Notes: a model not told the origin generated them from the sequence alone. A DNA stretch of 64,000 nt from a bacterium (GCA_021787535.1 JAJYLR010000003.1:56-64055), one strand, 5' to 3'. Numbered from the stretch's first letter, positions 9,787 to 18,729 are shown. Numbers and translations are program-made.

Positions 9787-10355
9787 TCCAGGTTAATTTA
9801 TTGCCTGAAGAGATACGGGAAAACATTAACTTTTCTAAGAAGAATCGAAAAGTTTTAAATCTTTTGAAAATGATATCTATCCTCTGCCTTTTCATATTAG
9901 CCGGTTTCCTGATCATTGGAGCATCACTTCTTTCCAGCAGCAGTTTCTTTAAAAAAGCGATTAGCGAGTCTACAGATACTCTGAGATCCTATCAGCCCAG
10001 TATCGATGAAAAAGAAAACATAGAAAACAAAGGGGTGATCGTCGCTAATATTCGGAAAAACTATAGATATTGGACTAAGTTCAACTATATCTTAGCTGAG
10101 AACACGCCTCAAGGGATTTATCTCTCCACGGTAGCCAACAAAAATAAGACTTTGCAAATAGAAGGTTATGCGAAGACTAAAAACGATGTCGGGATTTTTA
10201 GGGACGCTCTAGGCAAAAGCTCTGCTTTTTCAAATGTGAACATCGAGAGTATAAAAGAAGTGCCGGATCCTCTAAATCAGAACCTTCAAGTGAATGACTT
10301 CATCATGACTATGGCGCTTGAGAATGCGGCGACAAATCAGGGAGGCGGACGATGA
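9783..10355 (+). CDS. pilN: PilN
   Basis: MIQVNLLPEEIRE N-terminus with one TM segment, translationally coupled to pilM. Confidence 0.7.
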   Translation: MIQVNLLPEEIRENINFSKKNRKVLNLLKMISILCLFILAGFLIIGASLLSSSSFFKKAISESTDTLRSYQPSIDEKENIENKGVIVANIRKNYRYWTKFNYILAENTPQGIYLSTVANKNKTLQIEGYAKTKNDVGIFRDALGKSSAFSNVNIESIKEVPDPLNQNLQVNDFIMTMALENAATNQGGGR

Positions 10356-10933
10356 GAGTGAAAAAAATAAATGCGCGGTCGCTTCTCGGAATCCTTTACG
10401 GATTTTTAGGGCTTATTATAATCTTAACGTTGGCAGCCGGGGTATATCTTGCCCTCAAGGTAAATGACCTGAGCTTAGAGGTAGCAAAAAACAGATATTT
10501 ATCGGTAAATAACAATCAGAAAATAGAGGCCCTCGCTAACCTTCAAAAAAATTTAAAAGAAATGTCTGATGAAAAGGCGCTTTTGGATAGCTATCTGCCT
10601 CAGGATAAAGAAGTTTCCAGTATCTTGAAGGACTTTGAAACATTATCGGGGGCAAATGGCTTAAGTTTCAGTATTTTTACCGCCGGCGAAGGATCTTCAA
10701 CCACAACATTCAAACCTTCGAGCGACCAGACGCAAAAGTCCGGCAACTATTATGTTTTTCCATTTCAGGTGACTGTCAACGGCAGCTTCGCCCGCATCAA
10801 CCTAATGATGAGGGAAATGGAAAATTATAAGAGATTAGTAGAAATCAAAGATATTAAGTATGCAAAAGATACCAGTGCCCCGTCAGATATTACAGAGGCA
10901 GTTTTACAAGTTAACGCTTATTTAAAAAAATGA
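10352..10933 (+). CDS. pilO: PilO-like
   Basis: Single TM plus a periplasmic domain, in operon position after pilN. Confidence 0.5.
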   Translation: MRVKKINARSLLGILYGFLGLIIILTLAAGVYLALKVNDLSLEVAKNRYLSVNNNQKIEALANLQKNLKEMSDEKALLDSYLPQDKEVSSILKDFETLSGANGLSFSIFTAGEGSSTTTFKPSSDQTQKSGNYYVFPFQVTVNGSFARINLMMREMENYKRLVEIKDIKYAKDTSAPSDITEAVLQVNAYLKK

Positions 10934-11238
10934 AAATTCCAAAACCACCAAAGCCACCGAAGCTAAAAAGGCAAATTCAGTTCAATTTCTCTGCGAAGAT
11001 GCCATATATTTTTATAGCGCTCTTTCTTGCCGTTGGTTTGTCTATGGTGGCTTTCGGCTACCTTCTCCTAAACCGCCAGCCGCAGCAGTCGGTTGTCTCA
11101 GGCATGCAAAACGAGATAGACGGTCTGAAACTTAATTATGATAAAAGAAAAACAATGGAACTTTTCAATACGATGTATAATACTTCTGATTTCAAAAACT
11201 CTGCTTTTCAAGGCAAAGATCCTTTCATGAGTTTTTAA
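10930..11238 (+). CDS. Small membrane protein (possible PilP-like, hypothetical)
   Basis: Coupled to pilO and has one TM segment. Confidence 0.3.
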   Translation: MKIPKPPKPPKLKRQIQFNFSAKMPYIFIALFLAVGLSMVAFGYLLLNRQPQQSVVSGMQNEIDGLKLNYDKRKTMELFNTMYNTSDFKNSAFQGKDPFMSF

Positions 11239-11244
11239 AGTGCC

Positions 11245-11273
11245 TTGACCTGTGCGGCCGTTTCGATTATAAT
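11245..11273 (+). promoter_or_regulatory. Sigma70-type promoter (TTGACC-17-TATAAT) driving a ~270-nt leader
   Basis: TTGACC at 11245-11250 and TATAAT at 11268-11273. Confidence 0.5.
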
Positions 11274-11532
11274 TATTCAGCGTTCGAAACGACTTACCGT
11301 TTTCATGAGAAACCAGAAGTATGGTAATTTCTCAAGGTAAAATGTTTTGTTCGTACCTACAGATACAGGGATACGGGTCCCTACAAACTTCCTGAGGCGG
11401 AAGTATACGTAAGGTCTGTAGGTTGATTTCAATGGGTACTAAGAATCTGGCAAAAGCAAGTGAAACTCTGATTGTTGATAGATTCAGTTCTCTTCTTGAA
11501 AAAAATGACATCTCAGCCTCCTCTCTATTCAA

Positions 11533-11558
11533 GGGCGCTCCCGTAAGCGCTCTTTTTC
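11533..11558 (+). terminator. Intrinsic terminator/attenuator inside the leader upstream of the GT4 gene
   Basis: GCGCT-cccgta-AGCGC hairpin followed by TCTTTTTCC. Confidence 0.45.
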
Positions 11559-11633
11559 CTTTGGAAATTTTATCCGGCGGCTTTTTTATGAAAAAAAGCT
11601 TTCCAAAAAAAGCGCATTGTTTATACTTAGGTT

Positions 11634-12869
11634 ATGAATGCAGTCAAAACACAGAGAGGCATCGGTCTAGAGCATTATCAGGGTATTATTGATGATTCCC
11701 TTTTTGATGAGGTTGTTGGTCTGGCCAGGCGGCTCAAGGATGTTCGGGTTTGCCATATAAACGCCACTTCATACGGCGGAGGCGTAGCAGAAATTCTTCA
11801 AAAAGAAATTCCTCTGGCAAAAGGAATGGGTCTTCAGTTTGACTGGAAAACAGTTTCCGCTGAACCGGGATTTTTTGATGTAACCAAAAAAATACACAAT
11901 GGGCTTCAAGGGGCAGATGTGAAAATTTCCGAGCGCGAATGGCAGATATATCAAAGCTGCAATATCGATCAGGTGAAGCGTATTAACCCTAGCGATTATG
12001 ACGTTTTCTTTATTCACGATCCTCAGCCGGCTGAGATCATCGGCTGCATCGGCAAAAACGGCGCCAAGTGGGTCTGGCGATGCCATATCGATACTGATGA
12101 GCCAAACCGGGCGATTGCCGATTATTTCCTGAAGTTTTTAAATTTATATGATGCGTCTATATTCACTATGAAAGATTACGTCTTAAAAGGCATGAAAAAC
12201 GATATTTTTATTATTGAACCGGCCATCGATCCGCTTGCTATAAAAAATCGCTGCTTATCACACAAAGAAGCTGAAGAACTGGTGAGGGGTTTTCATATTG
12301 ATACGAGCAGGCCGCTTGTCACCCAGGTGTCGCGCTTTGATCCCTGGAAAGATCCGATTGGCGTAGTTGATGCCTACCGAGCAGCTAAAAAGGAAATGCC
12401 TGAGCTGCAGCTTGCCATGATCGGTTCCATGGCCGATGATGATCCGGAAGGGCAAGAAATTTATAATCAGCTAAAAGAGTATGCAGGCGAAAATCAAGAT
12501 ATTCATATTCTTACCAACCATGATGCGCTACACGACATCGAAGTCAACGCTTTCCAGACTTATTCGGATGTTATAATCCAGAAATCCGTCAAAGAAGGTT
12601 TTGGGCTGACGGTTTCCGAAGCGCTCTGGAAAGAAACGCCGGTTATAGGCGGCAACGTCGGCGGGATACCGACTCAGATTCAAGATGGCAAGACCGGATT
12701 CCTCGTAAATAATTCGCTAGAATGCGCCGAAAAGATCGTTTATTTAGTTAAAAATAAAAAGATTGGCGAAAAAATGGGAAAACTTGGCAAAGAGGATGTC
12801 CGGAAAAAATTTCTCTTACCCCGGCTTCTGCGAGATGAGCTAAAGCTGATAGAAAAGCTAGTCCACTAA
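11634..12869 (+). CDS. GT4 family glycosyltransferase (trehalose synthase TreT-like)
   Basis: 411 aa. The C-terminal half carries EGFGLTVSEALWKETPVIGGNVGGIP, a GT-B nucleotide-sugar binding motif. Overall layout resembles the TreT/GT4 clade. Confidence 0.55.
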   Translation: MNAVKTQRGIGLEHYQGIIDDSLFDEVVGLARRLKDVRVCHINATSYGGGVAEILQKEIPLAKGMGLQFDWKTVSAEPGFFDVTKKIHNGLQGADVKISEREWQIYQSCNIDQVKRINPSDYDVFFIHDPQPAEIIGCIGKNGAKWVWRCHIDTDEPNRAIADYFLKFLNLYDASIFTMKDYVLKGMKNDIFIIEPAIDPLAIKNRCLSHKEAEELVRGFHIDTSRPLVTQVSRFDPWKDPIGVVDAYRAAKKEMPELQLAMIGSMADDDPEGQEIYNQLKEYAGENQDIHILTNHDALHDIEVNAFQTYSDVIIQKSVKEGFGLTVSEALWKETPVIGGNVGGIPTQIQDGKTGFLVNNSLECAEKIVYLVKNKKIGEKMGKLGKEDVRKKFLLPRLLRDELKLIEKLVH

Positions 12870-13230
12870 TTTGACTTTTAGCTTTATATTGGTTAAATTT
12901 TAATTAAATGTTTGGAAATTTTGCTAGAAAAGCAAGTTCATTGAATCGAAGAAACAAGAGTTGGCAAAGAATCTATTCAATCAAAAAGTTTCGGTTCAGC
13001 CGCTCGAGAGGTCTGAACCGGGCCTGACACCTCCGCGTCGCCCGCTTATACTTCATCTGTTCCTTCAAACACCATTTTGGGTTTTTAGGGTAACATAACA
13101 GACAGGCATAAGCGGGCATTTTTTATTTTATAATTTTTCCGCAAAATTTTTATAAGATTTACAGATGTAAACCTCCTTTAAAAGAGCATAATAAGGATAC
13201 TTTAAATCATAAGAGAAGGAGGTGATCAAG

Positions 13231-13638
13231 ATGGCGGAAGAAGAAAAAAAAGATAAGAAAAAGGAAGAGGAGGGCAAAGAGTTTCATGCTCACGCTTATG
13301 TTGAGAGGCGTTATGGCCAAACAGCGGCAAGCGCCAGCTGGCAGCAGTGGATAAACGGCATTTTAGGCCTCTGGCTGATCGTAGTTGCTTTAATCGGGCT
13401 CTCAACCAGTGCAACCACACTTGTGGTCACTGGTATTGTTATTGCTATAGTCGGATTCTGGGGCGCGGCTATGAGAACTGCGCTATGGCAGCAATGGGTG
13501 AATGCGATTTTGGGACTTTGGACGATAGCAATTCCATTTATTGGCTTGTCAGATATTGCTTTGGGCTGGACGGTGGGTATTACGGGACTTGTTATCGCTG
13601 TTCTCGGCTTCTGGGCGACCGGACGGGAGAGCGCATAA
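13231..13638 (+). CDS. SPW-repeat membrane protein
   Basis: Two copies of W(Q)QW(I/V)N(G/A)ILGLW...IGLS TM repeats. AGGAGG lies 8 nt upstream of the ATG at 13231. Confidence 0.55.
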   Translation: MAEEEKKDKKKEEEGKEFHAHAYVERRYGQTAASASWQQWINGILGLWLIVVALIGLSTSATTLVVTGIVIAIVGFWGAAMRTALWQQWVNAILGLWTIAIPFIGLSDIALGWTVGITGLVIAVLGFWATGRESA

Positions 13639-13777
13639 AGTACTGGTCCTATAAAAGATAAAAGAGACCGGCTCTACGGCGCTCTTTTATCTTAGATTGA
13701 TAGACTTGTACCCTATGTTTTTAGCTTATTTCTTCTAATTTTTGAAAAAAATCGAACCTTGAGGAGGATACTTATTA

Positions 13778-13968
13778 TGCGTGGACTAGGGTTTGAGTAT
13801 GTGAGATGTCCGAAGTGCTTTAAAATGCTTTTTGAGGAAGAATCGGCGAAGGGCAAGATTACCTGCCGGTATTGCAAAACCGTTATAAACATCCGCGACA
13901 TCGATTGGAAGAGCCATGCCGTGAAAGGAAAGGAGAGTGGCAGCGATGAAATACGGGGAGGCAATTAA
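13778..13968 (+). CDS. Small zinc-ribbon protein (CPKC...CRYC), paralog of 14950..15183
   Basis: MRGLGFEYVRCPKCFKMLFEE...CRYCKTVINIRDIDW. GAGGAGG RBS upstream. Confidence 0.5.
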
Positions 13969-14140
13969 AAATCTGGAAAACATTCCTGCAACTAACCGTC
14001 TGGGCTATCTGGAGAATAAAATCTGTCCGCTTTGTCCGAGCACTGTAAATTGCGAAAAGGGAAAGTTAGAGCATCTTCAGTGCTTGGTGCAGCTTGCGCA
14101 GAATTTTACTCCCATGTTCGACTATGGGCGGCCGCGATAG
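13946..14140 (+). CDS. Small Cys-containing protein (hypothetical), translationally coupled to the upstream zinc-ribbon gene
   Basis: ATGA overlap with the upstream gene. Contains CPLCPSTVNC. Its stop codon sits inside a GGGCGGCCGC-gata-GCGGCCGCCC palindrome. Confidence 0.4.
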   Translation: MKYGEAIKNLENIPATNRLGYLENKICPLCPSTVNCEKGKLEHLQCLVQLAQNFTPMFDYGRPR

Positions 14141-14224
14141 CGGCCGCCCCCACAATATCAATTTGAAATAAAAAATTTAAACATTGGCCGATTAAAAGAT
14201 TTTTATTTTTCCTATCATAGAAAT

Positions 14225-14899
14225 ATGGAAAAAGTTTTAATATTTGCATTGATTGGAACAGTCTGTTTTGTCCTTGGCGTTTCAGCCGCATCGGGGCATC
14301 CCGAATTTTTTATTCAAAGCTTAGCAGCCACGGGAACGTTAAGCTTGGCTTCTGTGACAGCGCTCGCATTTTTTCGCAGTTCTAAAATGGCGCGCGACAG
14401 ATTCCATGAAGCTGTCTTGATTTCTATTGATACTGACGGCACTTTTGAAATCAGAAATGATTGGCATAAAAAGATTAAGGTACTTGATGTCAGGCAGCAT
14501 CTGGCTACTATTACCCCCGCGCGAAGTTTACATAGCTGGAGACAGGGCAGAAACCTCTCTTTTGAAGAAAAATACTCCGGCAACAAAGGAGTCTATTTTC
14601 GCAGCAGGCAAAAGCTAAACAAGCGTTTTTTCTTGAAATCAGCCAGGAAGGTTCCAAAAACAAAAATCAGATCGAGAATAATGGAGAATGAGCTGGAAGT
14701 TGCTCCGGGCGAGAGGGTATTTATGGATAGGTCGCATACTCATCAGCTGCCGCTGGGAAGCGAGTGCGCCCTCGGTTATGTTTGCTATAGCTTAGTCAAA
14801 TACCGCGACATGGAAGATTCGATGCAGAAAGAAATTCTCTTGAAACACCGCTATTCTCTCTATATCGATCCGCGGGAGAGGTGGATCAAAATAGGGTAG
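14225..14899 (+). CDS. Hypothetical protein with N-terminal TM/signal
   Basis: 224-aa ORF with no recognised motif. Confidence 0.45.
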   Translation: MEKVLIFALIGTVCFVLGVSAASGHPEFFIQSLAATGTLSLASVTALAFFRSSKMARDRFHEAVLISIDTDGTFEIRNDWHKKIKVLDVRQHLATITPARSLHSWRQGRNLSFEEKYSGNKGVYFRSRQKLNKRFFLKSARKVPKTKIRSRIMENELEVAPGERVFMDRSHTHQLPLGSECALGYVCYSLVKYRDMEDSMQKEILLKHRYSLYIDPRERWIKIG

Positions 14900-14949
14900 T
14901 GTTTGTGAAAGTTGCCGAAGAAACTAATCGGCCGGAGTGATAGGTTATC

Positions 14950-15183
14950 ATGAGCTGGACGGGTTTACATGGAGCAGCTTTATTAAAAGCGATAAAAAGC
15001 GAACTTGAGGGGGATCTGATGCATGGTTATACCAAATGTCCGAGTTGCGGAAAATTTCTTTTTGAGGAAGATTTTCAAGGAGAGTACGAGAAAAAATGCA
15101 GATGGTGCGGTATCGGTCTGAATCCCCGCAATCTAAATTGGCGGGGAGCAGCTGACATAGTATCAGGTAAAAAAGGAAAATAG
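14950..15183 (+). CDS. Small zinc-ribbon protein (CPSC...CRWC), paralog of 13778..13968
   Basis: YTKCPSCGKFLFEE...CRWCGIGLNPRNLNW aligns with the first copy. Followed by a GGGGCGGC-tata-GGCCGCCCC palindrome and a T-run. Confidence 0.5.
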   Translation: MSWTGLHGAALLKAIKSELEGDLMHGYTKCPSCGKFLFEEDFQGEYEKKCRWCGIGLNPRNLNWRGAADIVSGKKGK

Positions 15184-15292
15184 TTTTGGCAACAGAAAGA
15201 GCAGTTGTTTTGAGTATAACCGGCATAAGCTGAAGCTGTCTCCCCTGAAAGTTTTGAGGGGCGGCTATAGGCCGCCCCTTTATCTTATATCT

Positions 15293-15913
15293 TTATACTG
15301 TAATCTGCGAAAACCCTCCCTCTTGATAGACATTGAGCCAGAGGCAGAGAGCTTCTTCTGCATCAAAAATCTTGAGGTGTTCCTGAGATATATTTACAGG
15401 TATTTTCCGGATCGTTTCTTTCAACCAGTTACTCAGCAGAATCGGCTCATATATAGCGTCTTTCTCTTCATAACAAAAGGAGGTTCTGCAATTTCGGGGA
15501 CGGACGTCATATATTGTGCAGGATTGTTTGTAAAGAAAAGGGCATAGATCAACGCGATCAAATACTTCCAAATTAGAGCTCATAAGGCCGATATCCTCTA
15601 CGAAATTTGAAAGGCATTGTCTCATCTTTTTTCTCACCCATCTCTCAGCGCCGCCGCTAAGCTTTTCAATTTCCTGGAGAATAAACATGAACTCTACAGC
15701 CGAAAGCTCGAAATATGGGTGGCAGCAAGTATCGCAGCCATTTCGGCAGGCGATTTTTTTCTGTCTTTTCCGAAAATGATTCACCCACTCCTCATCAAAA
15801 ACCCTGTAAGCGGCAATGAGATGGTCTGCGCCTTGTTCGACGAGTCTTTTAGTCTGACTGTTTAACTGATGAAGCCGTCTTGCTTTACGTCTTTTCGTCA
15901 ACATAAGGTTCAC
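15293..15913 (-). CDS. YkgJ-family CxxCxxCC putative Zn/Fe-chelating protein (UPF0153)
   Basis: ACRNGCDTCCHPYF plus a downstream CRTSFC. Confidence 0.55.
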   Translation of the reverse strand: MNLMLTKRRKARRLHQLNSQTKRLVEQGADHLIAAYRVFDEEWVNHFRKRQKKIACRNGCDTCCHPYFELSAVEFMFILQEIEKLSGGAERWVRKKMRQCLSNFVEDIGLMSSNLEVFDRVDLCPFLYKQSCTIYDVRPRNCRTSFCYEEKDAIYEPILLSNWLKETIRKIPVNISQEHLKIFDAEEALCLWLNVYQEGGFSQITV

Positions 15914-16075
15914 CCTTCCTGAGATGTAAGGATTTGAGGGAAATTGTTAAGTATTATAGCATAAAAAGTGATTATGTTCTATTGTTTTTGAAGTGGAGTC
16001 GGTTGCTTTGGCAAAAGAAAAAGGCGGCCCTGGCAGGCCGCCTTGATCAAGTTTCTAATTTCGGGACAGTGGGGA

Positions 16076-16594
16076 CTAGCCCACTTTGATGTAGCGAGGA
16101 GGCAGCAGCAACTCATTTTCGCTGATAGTTGCTATCTCCCTTACCGTATTCTCATTGGTTAGGCCAAGGTTCAGGCCGGTGATGAGGGTGAAGCTCTCGT
16201 CATGCTTCCATGGCAGACCCGAGCCCGAGAGGATGTAATCTTCTCCGATGAGCACTGCTCCTGGCCACCTTTCCTTCATGTCTGCGCTTTGAAAGCTTGA
16301 GACATGGCCTTCGGCTATGTGTTCGCCGAGTCGGCAGCCCTTTTCTTGGCAGTGATGCCGGTACTTGACTGCGAGGTCAGGTGTCAGCTCTCCGAAGAGA
16401 ACTGTTGCGAGAGGGACCTTGGCTATAGCACTCTCGACCGTGTAGATAGAGCCGTAAAAGCCAGTCTTCGGCGTGTCCTTGCCCTCATCTGACGTGTTGT
16501 AAGCCAATAGTGCTAGCTCGGCCACAGATCTCATTGTATCGAGAGCGTGCACGAGACTGTATGAACCAACTGTGTCAGTAAGCAAATTGTTCAC
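16076..16594 (-). CDS. Hypothetical protein (GC-rich islet)
   Basis: 172-aa ORF. Local GC is noticeably higher than the surroundings. Confidence 0.45.
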   Translation of the reverse strand: MNNLLTDTVGSYSLVHALDTMRSVAELALLAYNTSDEGKDTPKTGFYGSIYTVESAIAKVPLATVLFGELTPDLAVKYRHHCQEKGCRLGEHIAEGHVSSFQSADMKERWPGAVLIGEDYILSGSGLPWKHDESFTLITGLNLGLTNENTVREIATISENELLLPPRYIKVG

Positions 16595-16600
16595 CTCCCT

Positions 16601-17023
16601 TCAGTTAGTCGTGTCCGGATACTCGGACATTTGGACTGCATTTTCCTCTCCAAGCATGAAAATCTCGTCGTATCCATCTTCGTGTCGTAGGAAAAATACG
16701 AACATGTTAGCCACTATCAATTTGGCTGGTTTCGATCCAACACCATAAACATCATTCATACAATCTATGGCGAGTTCATTTCCTTCCAGGAGTGCCTTCT
16801 TGAATTTGTCGAAGTCAGCAGGACTTACGATAATCTGCCATCCTCCCGAAGGGCCAACATCAATGACGGTATGGTCTTCTCGCTTCCAGATGATGAGAGA
16901 TTTCTTTTGAACCTCTCGGCCTTCACTGTCAGTTAGTGCTATGTCTTGTAGGAGCATCTGAAGTCCTTTCTTAGAATGTACACGATTGATCATAAAACCA
17001 AACTTAATGGTAAATATTAACAT
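16601..17023 (-). CDS. Hypothetical protein (GC-rich islet)
   Basis: 140-aa ORF co-directional with the previous one. Confidence 0.45.
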   Translation of the reverse strand: MLIFTIKFGFMINRVHSKKGLQMLLQDIALTDSEGREVQKKSLIIWKREDHTVIDVGPSGGWQIIVSPADFDKFKKALLEGNELAIDCMNDVYGVGSKPAKLIVANMFVFFLRHEDGYDEIFMLGEENAVQMSEYPDTTN

Positions 17024-17063
17024 AAAAATATTAATTTGTCAAAGATTTTTGCGAAAAGGGTAT

Positions 17064-17092
17064 TGACAACTGTATTCGGTATTGCTATATTT
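17064..17092 (+). promoter_or_regulatory. Sigma70 promoter of the hrcA operon (TTGACA-17-TATATT)
   Basis: TTGACA at 17064-17069 and TATATT at 17087-17092, immediately 5' of CIRCE. Confidence 0.6.
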
Positions 17093-17095
17093 TAT

Positions 17096-17122
17096 TAGCA
17101 CTCGGACACCGAGAGTGCCAGA
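17096..17122 (+). promoter_or_regulatory. CIRCE operator (HrcA binding site)
   Basis: TTAGCACTC-ggacaccga-GAGTGCcAg matches the CIRCE consensus TTAGCACTC-N9-GAGTGCTAA. Confidence 0.8.
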
Positions 17123-17170
17123 AATCACATCTTGGTGTAGTATGCAGTATACCGTATTGAGTATTGAGGG

Positions 17171-17251
17171 GATTCTGGACAAGCCAGAATGACAAAGGGA
17201 AAGGGATTCCTCCGCTTGCCCCGTCGGACGGGGTTGTCGGTCGGAATGACA
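17171..17251. repeat. Two repeat units (GATTCTGGACAAGCCAGAATGACA + GGATTCCTCCGC...GTCGGTCGGAATGACA) between CIRCE and the hrcA start
   Basis: Hairpin ATTCTGG-acaag-CCAGAAT followed by GACA. The second unit closely resembles the 3' half of the murD insert. Confidence 0.65.
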
Positions 17252-17258
17252 AAAACCT

Positions 17259-17969
17259 ATGACATCACGCAGAGAAGCGATATTAGAAGCGATTGTTCGT
17301 GAATACGTCGAAACGGCGGAGCCGGTTGGCTCTTTAACGCTTGTTCGGAAGTACGCTTTTCCTTACTCCTCAGCCACGATTCGTGCTGAGATGGCCATGC
17401 TGGAGGAAAATGGCTTCATCATGCAACCGCACACTTCAGCGGGAAGAATTCCGACCGAAAAGGGTTATAAATATTTCGTCAAAATGATTGAGAATGAAGA
17501 AAAAAGCCTGGCCGGTCGTGAGGAGGATATATTAAAAAAGCGCATTGAAGCTATGCATGCTCAATACGAGCGTAAGTTTGACGCCGCCGCGCTGGCACTG
17601 GCCGAGATGACTAGAAATGTAGCGCTTTCTACGCTTGGCCAGGAAGTGTATTCGCATGGTTTGGCAAACCTTTTCCGCCAGCCGGAGTTTATAGATACGG
17701 ATCGCGTGCTGGGGATAGCCGACATGATTGACAACATGAGCACGCTGTTAAACGAATTACCCAGAAGCAAGAATTTCATGGTTCTGGTTGGCTCCGAGAC
17801 GCCTATTGGCAAGTCAGCCGACGCATCACTTGTCATATCGAGAGTAGACACTCCCTACGGGGTTCGCGGATATTTAGGTGTCTTGGGTCCCACCAGGATG
17901 AGTTATGAAAGGGTAATTCCATTAGTTAAACGCACCAGAGATTTGCTGGAGAATGATTTAAATAGGTAG
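17259..17969 (+). CDS. hrcA: Heat-inducible transcription repressor HrcA (short form)
   Basis: N-terminal winged helix ILEAIVREYVETAEPVGSLTL and C-terminal GVLGPTRMSYERVIPLV. CIRCE lies upstream. Confidence 0.8.
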   Translation: MTSRREAILEAIVREYVETAEPVGSLTLVRKYAFPYSSATIRAEMAMLEENGFIMQPHTSAGRIPTEKGYKYFVKMIENEEKSLAGREEDILKKRIEAMHAQYERKFDAAALALAEMTRNVALSTLGQEVYSHGLANLFRQPEFIDTDRVLGIADMIDNMSTLLNELPRSKNFMVLVGSETPIGKSADASLVISRVDTPYGVRGYLGVLGPTRMSYERVIPLVKRTRDLLENDLNR

Positions 17970-18053
17970 CTTTACAAGGGTCCGACCCTTCTAGGGACGA
18001 ATTCTTTGCGAGGGTCGGGCCCTTGTAAAACGGGAGAACAAATCACCTTCTCC

Positions 18054-18087
18054 TGTCATTCCCGCTCAGGCGGGAATCCAGACAAGC
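18054..18087. repeat. Repeat unit TGTCATTCCCGCTCAGGCGGGAATCCAGACAAG
   Basis: Same termini with a different hairpin stem. Lies upstream of grpE. Confidence 0.5.
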
Positions 18088-18141
18088 AATGTTAAATAGT
18101 TAATTATAGAATTTTAAATAAATTTAGAAAGATCAAGAAGT

Positions 18142-18729
18142 ATGAAAGAGAAAGACAAGAAAGCCAAAGGCAAAAAGGAAGACCAACTGGATTCCCGCCG
18201 GAGTTTATCCGACGAAGCTAAAGCGTGGGCGGGTGGGAATGACAAGAAAGAGGTCAGGAATGAAAATATAGAAGCCGAGCATGACAAGGGTCAGACCCTT
18301 GCAATGGAAAATGTTGCTTTGAAGAAGATGCTGCAGCGGGCACAGGCGGATTTTATAAATTACCGCCAGCGTGCAGAGCGGGAGAAGTCAGAAATGGTCG
18401 ATTACGGCAAGCTGGAGACGATTAAGGAGCTTCTGCCGGTATTCGACAACTTCGAACGGGCCAGAAACCATTTCCCGAAGGAGCTGGAGAAGAATGATTG
18501 GGCGCAGGGGATGCTCGCGGTAGAGAAGCAGTTTGTCCAGAAAATGGAAGAAATGGGGATTAAGAGAATCCCGACAGTCGGCGAGCAATTTGATCCAAAT
18601 TTACATGAGGCAATACACATGGAGCCGGCAAAAGGCAAGAAATCGAATGAGATTACCTGCGAATACGAACCGGGATACATATATAAAGATAAAGTTTTAA
18701 GGTATGCAAAGGTAAAGTTGGCAAAATGA
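18142..18729 (+). CDS. grpE: Nucleotide exchange factor GrpE
   Basis: Coiled-coil N-terminus, LLPVFDNFERA motif and a C-terminal beta domain. Confidence 0.8.
   Translation: MKEKDKKAKGKKEDQLDSRRSLSDEAKAWAGGNDKKEVRNENIEAEHDKGQTLAMENVALKKMLQRAQADFINYRQRAEREKSEMVDYGKLETIKELLPVFDNFERARNHFPKELEKNDWAQGMLAVEKQFVQKMEEMGIKRIPTVGEQFDPNLHEAIHMEPAKGKKSNEITCEYEPGYIYKDKVLRYAKVKLAK

Noticed and set aside
11423-11692. 89-aa ORF spanning the leader terminator and overlapping the GT4 start
   Set aside because: It runs through an intrinsic terminator and overlaps the RBS and start of the glycosyltransferase. It is better explained as non-coding leader.
12870-13230. RNase P RNA / SRP RNA / tmRNA / 6S RNA in the long spacers
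   Set aside because: The conserved P4 strands, the SRP GGAAG-CAGC core and the tmRNA tRNA-like ends could not be found by eye. The structured element is reported only as an unclassified candidate.
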